Positions 57,417-64,000 of a stretch of DNA of 64,000 nucleotides are shown here, piece after piece; position 1 is the stretch's first letter; each line of letters opens with the position of its first letter. Under the pieces are notes generated by a model, which saw only the letters and a list, made by a program, of their open reading frames with translations, ran no database searches and was not told where the DNA came from. A program made the position numbers and the translations under genes. The DNA lies in the IMG/VR virus record IMGVR_UViG_3300036715_004471, positions 372,001 to 436,000 of that record. The stretch is one strand, 5' to 3'.

Positions 57417-58028
57417 ATGAATAGTAGAAAAATAAAAGAAGATATTCTTGGTTATAAATTTGGCAAACTTACTGTTTTAGAATTTATTGGCTCCAAAACA
57501 CGAAACAATAAATACCACAAACTACTTAGATTTTACAAATGTTTATGCGATTGTGGATCTATCTGTGAAAAATTTGGGACAGATTTGAAATCTGGAACAG
57601 TAACAAGTTGTGGTTGTTGGCGTAAAGAAATACAAATAAAAATTCATACCGGTCAAATCTCTAAAATGAGATATGCTGCTGGCGCATCAAAAAGAACAGC
57701 TAAAGATATTTGGAAAAGTTCTTATTCTGATGGATTGCCTCTTGATGATTTTTTAATCTTATCACAACTTAATTGTCATTATTGCGGCGTCCCACCATCA
57801 AATAAATCTAATAAAATTAATCCTAAATCATGCAGTAAAGAATGGTATGATCAAGGTTGGTGGACATACAATGGTTTGGATCGTATTGATAGTTCACAAA
57901 ATCATAATAAAAACAATGTTGTTCCATGTTGTTGGAAATGTAATAGAGGCAAAAGCTCTATGACACATGAAGAATTCATGGAATGGATTTCTCTTGTGTA
58001 CAATCATAATCAGACAAAGAAAACTTAA
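57417..58028 (+). CDS. HNH endonuclease
   Basis: FGKLTV, CLCDCG, SCGC, CHYCG, NGLDRIDS...NVVPCCWKCN. Confidence 0.88.
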   Translation: MNSRKIKEDILGYKFGKLTVLEFIGSKTRNNKYHKLLRFYKCLCDCGSICEKFGTDLKSGTVTSCGCWRKEIQIKIHTGQISKMRYAAGASKRTAKDIWKSSYSDGLPLDDFLILSQLNCHYCGVPPSNKSNKINPKSCSKEWYDQGWWTYNGLDRIDSSQNHNKNNVVPCCWKCNRGKSSMTHEEFMEWISLVYNHNQTKKT

Positions 58029-58260
58029 GTTTATCTTCTCTTGGAAGAGATTTTATTTTTAACTCTATTCTGAGGGCACAACTTTTGTTATCTACTTCAA
58101 AAGATTTGATCAATACAACGGGGAGACGACCTTTTGTATATTTGGCGCCTTTTCTTTTGTTATGGGTCTCAATTCTTTTTTCAAGATTGTTCGTAATTCC
58201 ACAATATAAAGAATCATCAGAACACCTGAGAAGATAAACAAACCATTTCATTCTAAACAA
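57976..58260 (-). CDS. small GIY-YIG nuclease (UPF0213-like)
   Basis: VYLLRC.D.SLYCGITN...R...HN..KGAKYT.GR.PV. Confidence 0.9.
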   Translation of the reverse strand: MFRMKWFVYLLRCSDDSLYCGITNNLEKRIETHNKRKGAKYTKGRLPVVLIKSFEVDNKSCALRIELKIKSLPREDKLKFSLSDYDCTQEKSIP

Positions 58261-59078
58261 TTCTTTTGGAAAATGTTTAAGAAAGGTTTCTCTTCATTGT
58301 TTTCATAAATAGCAAAACATACTTCATCAAAATCTGGAACTTTATCCAAGGCTGCCATAAATGCTTTAGATACCATTTCTGGATCATTTCCAAAAGCACC
58401 ACAACCCCAAGCTCCCAACACTATGTTTCGATGACCATGAGCGCTTGCTATTCTCAAAATCTTAATCGACCTGCGCAATAGGATTTCTTTTAAATCCTTC
58501 GGATCAACTTCATCCAAGGCTCTAACATTTGGAGCCGGAGCTGTAATTACTGAGACAAGAAATGGTTGTTCTAGTAGTAATAAATGTTCATCTCTAATGA
58601 ACGGCACCTTAGGAGAATAAATCATATTATCTGTATACAACGAATTATCTGCTAGAATATTTTCATTATAGAAAATTGGTTTAGTTTTGATACAGGTATA
58701 CAAACCAGAACATCTACACAAGTCTTCTTCTTGAGCCATTGCGCCAGCTAAGAATCCGCCGCCAGGATTTCTGGCAGAAGCAAAATTCAAAACCACTATG
58801 TCTTTACCAGCTTCACAATAACGTCTGGCTGCTTGACCAGACGTTTCTGGAGTAACTTCTACTTTTGCTTCAGTCTTTTTAACTTGAGTATGCGGCTCAT
58901 CTTTATAGAGAATAGTTCCTTTTACAGCTTTGTCAAGGTCGTCAGAAAAATCTACAATAACACTAGATCTTGTAAGATAATTTCCTTCTTTTACAATAGC
59001 AAGAGTTTCTTTACCAATAGCTACATTATTGGTTCGCGCATTCATTAATGCAACGCCATTCTTTTTAATCATATTCAT
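58248..59078 (-). CDS. bacterial PARG-like macrodomain (TIGR02452 type)
   Basis: LNFASARNPGGGFL.GA.AQEEDLCR.S, IYSP.V, VLGAWGCGAFGN. Confidence 0.92.
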   Translation of the reverse strand: MNMIKKNGVALMNARTNNVAIGKETLAIVKEGNYLTRSSVIVDFSDDLDKAVKGTILYKDEPHTQVKKTEAKVEVTPETSGQAARRYCEAGKDIVVLNFASARNPGGGFLAGAMAQEEDLCRCSGLYTCIKTKPIFYNENILADNSLYTDNMIYSPKVPFIRDEHLLLLEQPFLVSVITAPAPNVRALDEVDPKDLKEILLRRSIKILRIASAHGHRNIVLGAWGCGAFGNDPEMVSKAFMAALDKVPDFDEVCFAIYENNEEKPFLNIFQKNCLE

Positions 59079-59694
59079 TCTCGATAATCGTTATAAATTT
59101 CTAATATACCCAATTGGTTAATAATTAAATCATGCCCCAGAATTTCTGGCATATGAAATAAATCTTCCAATGAATCAATTTCTAATTCGTAAATCGGTGG
59201 CTTAGGTTCATTGCCATCATATTCCATTTCTGATGGTACAGCTAATATTCCCAATTTTTCTAGAATCTCTTTTGCGTCGCCCGAAGTGCTAGATACCAAT
59301 ATTTTCATATTATTTTCTTTCAAAACAACGTTTTGAGCCATGTAATAACCAAGAACAGCACTCATTACAATCAAAACAATGAAGTGGTCCTATCAAATTT
59401 CCGGAACATAATGCTTTGATTATTTTCCACCACCTACCAGAAGATTCTAATACTTTCATAAAATCAACCTCCACACCAGCCACAGCCGCCAGGAATATAG
59501 CCACATTTTCTGCAAAGTGTTCTTTTACAATGTCCACAATAACTATATGGTTCTTGAATTAAATCTTTTTTGCACGCAATGCATTTGAGATTTTTCCACC
59601 AATCATTATTTTCTGCCTTATTGTTTTTTAATCTTTGTAGTAAACTTGCTAATATTTTCACACTGAACTCCAAATAATTTTGAACCAGAAACAC

Positions 59695-59729
59695 GATTTG
59701 CCGGCAGGGAATAACCCTGCCGGCAAATC
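59695..59729. terminator. 15-bp hairpin downstream of Ro60
   Basis: GATTTGCCGGCAGGG/CCCTGCCGGCAAATC. Confidence 0.65.
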
Positions 59730-59734
59730 ATATA

Positions 59735-61297
59735 TCAGATTTGAACAGACTCAATGGTTGAGACCCATAGGTCTTTGTTGTTACCAAGTTCAAGGAACTT
59801 TGCAATTACATCAAAAACTTGATCACTAAAACCACCTACGTTAAGGATATTCTCCTTATCGTAAGCTTGAGTAGAGGTATTCGGAGTAAGATCAATACAA
59901 ACAAGCTTTGCTTTCTTGTTACGAGCTTTGAACTCAGTCCAAGCTTTCATCGTAGCGGTACCACGACTTCTGCCTGAATCAACCCAAGACTCGTTATCGC
60001 TTACATAAATGACTAGATCGCCCATGGCTTTTCTACGATTCAACTCTTCCATTGGAAGCGAACAGTTAGTGCCACCTCCGCCAAATCCTGCTAGGATCTT
60101 GGCGTTAGTCATAATTGAATCCATTGGATTCAGCTTATGAGCATGAACTCTAGTATCGAATGGTAATACTTCTACATCAGAATTTCTGCGCATAATAGCT
60201 GCGGCAACCAGGGCTGCCACATCAATACAACGCATCTTGCTGGATACATTTCCACGATTTCCGGTGACCGGAGAATTCATGGATCCAGAAGTATCTACCA
60301 TTACATAAACCTTTTTGTTTTCAAACTCTGGAATGTTCTCCAACGCATGCTCAGCAGCCTTTTGCAAAGCTACAGAAACCTTAGCAGGAACACTTGCATC
60401 CATATTCAAAAACGTAGTGAACAACTGGTACGGGAATACCTTTGCTCTCTTAACTTGCTCCTTATCCTCCAACTTGGCACAGATAAGCCCTAACAGATCA
60501 CGATCTGCTAACACATTATGACGAGCAAATGTGTTAAGGTTCTGTCTAATCTGGTTCCAAGTTGCATTGACTGCAATCTTTTTCCAGTGTTCAGCAGTCA
60601 ATGGTAAAGCCGTAAGCTTTTGGAAAGGTACATGCGGGATTTCTTTTGACATATCTTTCTTGAAGTCTTCAAACTGCTTAACTAGAGCACACAAGTCTTC
60701 CTTTGCATACTCCTTATCTAGCAAGTACCCAAATATAGCAGAACGTTGCTTATTGGTTGGCTTCGGATGAACCAACTTGATGATATCTTGCAATGACGGA
60801 TCATTACCAACATCTGCCGCAAACAACTGCTCATCATTCAAAGATTCCAAATACTTTTGGATTAATCTTTTAGGGCGAGTACCTAAAGACTTACGTCCAG
60901 TAGCCCCTGAACGAATAACCTGCACGAAATTTCTCAACATCTTTGGAGAATCAACTACCTTATCAAAGATTTTGGACAAAAGCTCGGAGTCCTTTCCAGC
61001 AACTACCGCAGCCAAAACCGCAGGCATATCTTTCATTAAACCCTCTTGACGAGAGTATACTGCCAAGCGAGCAACGTACTCAGCCGGCAACTTGTTAGCT
61101 AACTCTAACACTTTCTTAAGTTGATCTTCATCAGATACATAATATGTTCCGTTAAAACAACCAGTCATAGCTAATTGAGCCAATGCGGCTTTGTCAGACA
61201 AACTATAAGCTTGTCCACCAGCATTGTTAACTACATTGGTCGGCTTTACAGCCTTTGAAGACACAAACTTGCTAGCAAATAATTTCTTTGATGACAT
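59735..61297 (-). CDS. rsr: Ro60/TROVE RNA-binding protein with vWA domain
   Basis: NNAGGQAY, LAQLAMTG, GRKSLG, VHPKP, VFPYQL, VDTSGSM, GGTNCSLP, SDNESW. Confidence 0.93.
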   Translation of the reverse strand: MSSKKLFASKFVSSKAVKPTNVVNNAGGQAYSLSDKAALAQLAMTGCFNGTYYVSDEDQLKKVLELANKLPAEYVARLAVYSRQEGLMKDMPAVLAAVVAGKDSELLSKIFDKVVDSPKMLRNFVQVIRSGATGRKSLGTRPKRLIQKYLESLNDEQLFAADVGNDPSLQDIIKLVHPKPTNKQRSAIFGYLLDKEYAKEDLCALVKQFEDFKKDMSKEIPHVPFQKLTALPLTAEHWKKIAVNATWNQIRQNLNTFARHNVLADRDLLGLICAKLEDKEQVKRAKVFPYQLFTTFLNMDASVPAKVSVALQKAAEHALENIPEFENKKVYVMVDTSGSMNSPVTGNRGNVSSKMRCIDVAALVAAAIMRRNSDVEVLPFDTRVHAHKLNPMDSIMTNAKILAGFGGGGTNCSLPMEELNRRKAMGDLVIYVSDNESWVDSGRSRGTATMKAWTEFKARNKKAKLVCIDLTPNTSTQAYDKENILNVGGFSDQVFDVIAKFLELGNNKDLWVSTIESVQI

Positions 61298-61684
61298 ATG
61301 AATAACTCCTTTTGAACAAAAGTTTCAGGAAATAATAACCAGGATGGTTGAAGATTACAATTCACCAACATCAAGTTTACTATTTATTCTGGAGAATTTT
61401 TAATGAAAATAGCTTTCCCCTCGCTATCTCGAATCTACTATATAACCGTCTTAATTTATCTTTTCAATTTTCTAAATAAAAATATTTTCAATCTCGTAAA
61501 ACTTTAGAATGTGATCCACATGGACATTCTAATACAATTTTATCTTCCTGTACCTTTTCTATATCGATGTGCTCGTCGAACTCAACGCTTACTATCATCT
61601 GACAATCTTCGCAACGAAACAAAAATTTTCTTAATTCCTTCATATCAATATATGTTTTATATGCATTATGTGATATGATTTATC

Positions 61685-62266
61685 ATGACAATCACGCAAC
61701 AATGTACTAGATGTGGTGTTACAAAATCATCTTTAGAATTTCTAAAGAATCCATTACATAATGACATTCTATACAAAAATTGTATTTCTTGCACGGAAAA
61801 ACAAAAGACATATAGAAAAAAACATAAGAACGAATCAAAAATAGCAAGACAAACCTATTACAAAAAGAACAAAGAAAAAATAATCAAGATTAGACAAAAA
61901 CGTTTTGATACGTTAAACGGTAGATTAAAAAACATTTTGTCAAACATAAAAAACAGATCTAAATTTCATGAATATGATTTGGATATTGATTTTCTTATTT
62001 CATTATTCAAATCACAAAATGGTAAATGCGCTTTAACCAACATAGAAATGTCTCTAACAAATAAATCTAATCATAGATCAGATCCATTTGTGGTTTCTGT
62101 TGATCGAATTAATCCATCAATAGGATATTTGAAATCTAATGTTCGACTTGTTTGTACAGTTGTGAACTATGCTCTCAATGAATTTGGAGAAGATGTTTTT
62201 CAAACTATTTGTATAGCTTATATCCAACAACTTCAAAAAAAGAAAATTTCACAGGAAACATTTTAA
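61685..62266 (+). CDS. HNH-type endonuclease
   Basis: QNGKCALT, SVDRINP..GY...NVRLVC..VN. Confidence 0.82.
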   Translation: MTITQQCTRCGVTKSSLEFLKNPLHNDILYKNCISCTEKQKTYRKKHKNESKIARQTYYKKNKEKIIKIRQKRFDTLNGRLKNILSNIKNRSKFHEYDLDIDFLISLFKSQNGKCALTNIEMSLTNKSNHRSDPFVVSVDRINPSIGYLKSNVRLVCTVVNYALNEFGEDVFQTICIAYIQQLQKKKISQETF

Positions 62267-62539
62267 TTTCGATATTCGTCCATAGAAATTTTCTACTTCA
62301 TTTTTAATGTCCGAACCAATTTTTGAATGTTTTTTCGTCCATTGTGGTATTTGATCTTTAAATACCAAATCAAAAACTTTTTCTTTGTATGAAGAATTGA
62401 TTATTTGACCACTAGGTATAGTAATCCATGCTTTATGGATTCCGAAAAATTCTACCCAAAAATCTTTTCCAGAACTCTCATCTTTCAAATAAAATGACAG
62501 TCTGTTTTCAAAATTAGAAGAAAGTTGACTAATCTTCAT
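62249..62539 (-). CDS. hypothetical protein, ends LKCFL
   Basis: Shared C-terminal motif. Confidence 0.5.
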   Translation of the reverse strand: MKISQLSSNFENRLSFYLKDESSGKDFWVEFFGIHKAWITIPSGQIINSSYKEKVFDLVFKDQIPQWTKKHSKIGSDIKNEVENFYGRISKLKCFL

Positions 62540-62949
62540 TATTCTTTAACTTTCCACCACATTTTAGAAGAATTTCTTAATTCTTGCAAACAATCTTTAC
62601 TATCACATAATGTAAATAAATAATATCCACATTTTGTACAATAATGATCATGTTGATTCAACGAATACATTGGCTCAACATGCCAGCCAAGTGTACAAAT
62701 GTGACAAAAAATTTGTTTTAAATTCATAATAAATCTAACCAATCCGTGGTAATTCTAATACCTTTGAATTTTTCCTTAAGAACCCATTTTCTATTAATGT
62801 AGTAATGAGTCTTATCATACAATCTTTGTTCTTTTAATTCTTTATCCGCAATTCTTTGGAAATAATACAAATATAGAAATAAAAAAATAAGCGAAAGAAC
62901 AGAATCAATTGCACTCATATTGTGATGTATAAAATATGATATAATATTT

Positions 62950-63837
62950 TCAATTAGAAATTTTTAAGCAATGCGGAGAAAAATATATGACTTCTTTGTT
63001 TGCATTTTCTTTTCCTCTGCCGCTTCCTAATGCTGACATGCCGCCTCCCGTTTTCCAAGCATAAGTTTGCCAAGTGTCAGGAATCCCATGATCACCATCG
63101 TAACCGCACAATACAATTCTCATGCGCGGATGTGATCCATTCTCGATAGCCCACTTACAAACTTGTTTAAAAATATCTTTATCTTCTTTATACACTTTAT
63201 CTCTAACACTAGCTTCATACGGAGGATCTAAAAAAACACCCGTAATATCTTTATCACCTAATCCTTTACTAGCATAAGTAATACTTGGCGTTACTACTCT
63301 AGACCAATCACCACAAGCTACTCTAACGCGCCTGAGTCTGGTTTGCAATTTCCGAAAATCTTCTTTAATATTGTAAGTTAAACCATGAACCCCGCCGCCA
63401 GCAGAAGAAAGCATGGGCAAAGCTTTAAGTCCTTTTTGTTGAAGCCAATTGTTTCCTACACTAGCACATTGCCCCCAAACCCAATATCCAGCCATTCGAG
63501 CATCAAAAAAATCTGGATCCGAATCCATATTCTTTCTAAAATCATCTGTTAATCTTTCAATTAACCATTTATGCTTGGCATGTAAATCAGTTTCATTAAC
63601 TGGATAATCTGTCCATTTAGCTACTTCATCAGGAGAATTAGAAATTGCTCTCCAAAAATTGGATAACCCACAATCTAAATCATTTATTGTTTCTATTTTA
63701 GGAATTTTTGGATTTGATAAAAGTACTGCCAAAGAACCAGCGAAAGGTTCAACATAATTGGAAACTTCCCCCAAACCCGACCAAACTACCTTGGCGACCT
63801 TACTTTTACCACCAAACCAACTGAACGGAGATTTCAT
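62950..63837 (-). CDS. DNA adenine methyltransferase (Dam/D12 class)
   Basis: WFGGKS, YVEPFAGS, INDLD, FLDPPY. Confidence 0.9.
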   Translation of the reverse strand: MKSPFSWFGGKSKVAKVVWSGLGEVSNYVEPFAGSLAVLLSNPKIPKIETINDLDCGLSNFWRAISNSPDEVAKWTDYPVNETDLHAKHKWLIERLTDDFRKNMDSDPDFFDARMAGYWVWGQCASVGNNWLQQKGLKALPMLSSAGGGVHGLTYNIKEDFRKLQTRLRRVRVACGDWSRVVTPSITYASKGLGDKDITGVFLDPPYEASVRDKVYKEDKDIFKQVCKWAIENGSHPRMRIVLCGYDGDHGIPDTWQTYAWKTGGGMSALGSGRGKENANKEVIYFSPHCLKISN

Positions 63838-63864
63838 TGATATATACCTTTCTGTGAGGTATAT

Positions 63865-64000
63865 ATGTTATTATGTAAAAAATGCAATCAAGAAAAAATA
63901 GAAACAGATTTTTCTGAGAAAAGAAAAGATTGGTGCAAATTGTGTGTCAAAGACTATAATGCTATCTATAGACAAAATAACAAAGAAAAATATAAACAAT
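63865..64000 (+). CDS. partial ORF with HNH-associated zinc-finger N-terminus
   Basis: CKKC..EK...DF...WCKLC; truncated by the window edge. Confidence 0.55.
   Translation, partial: MLLCKKCNQEKIETDFSEKRKDWCKLCVKDYNAIYRQNNKEKYKQ

Noticed and set aside
1-64000. Stop-codon reassignment
   Set aside because: Conserved genes are full length in code 11, end in TAA, TAG or TGA, and no CTA/TTA/TCA suppressor tRNA was found
1-64000. Cellular chromosome or eukaryotic giant virus origin
   Set aside because: No cellular operon context around tsf, groES or ligA; bacterial expression signals, an endolysin and high ORFan and HNH density fit a large bacteriophage

Overview
AT-rich, densely packed, mostly minus-strand segment of what is most likely a large (jumbo) bacteriophage genome. 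Evidence: bacterial Shine-Dalgarno and sigma70-like signals, CCA-encoding tRNAs, a GH25 endolysin, capsid-like fragments, about 15 free-standing HNH/GIY-YIG-type nucleases and no ordinary cellular operons. It encodes NAD-dependent DNA ligase, UvrD helicase, NAMPT, two ADP-ribosylglycohydrolases, a PARG-like macrodomain, EF-Ts, Pth2, GroES, RNase HII and a DNA adenine methylase. An RNA-repair set comprises Thg1-like, RNA ligase-like, two 2H phosphoesterases, CYTH, a nucleotidyltransferase and Ro60/TROVE. The non-coding fraction is unusually rich: about 42 tRNAs read by hand, a type A RNase P RNA and about a dozen non-canonical tRNA mimics. Most notable are seven related Y-RNA-like genes embedded in the tRNA array near the Ro60 gene; they share one terminal module, and some carry a circularly permuted tRNA domain. 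Other oddities are Pro tRNAs with C33/A37 loops, Lys tRNAs with a long variable arm, a possibly split SerRS-like pair, and a shared C-terminal motif on about 14 otherwise unrelated proteins. All calls come from reading motifs by eye; no database search was run.
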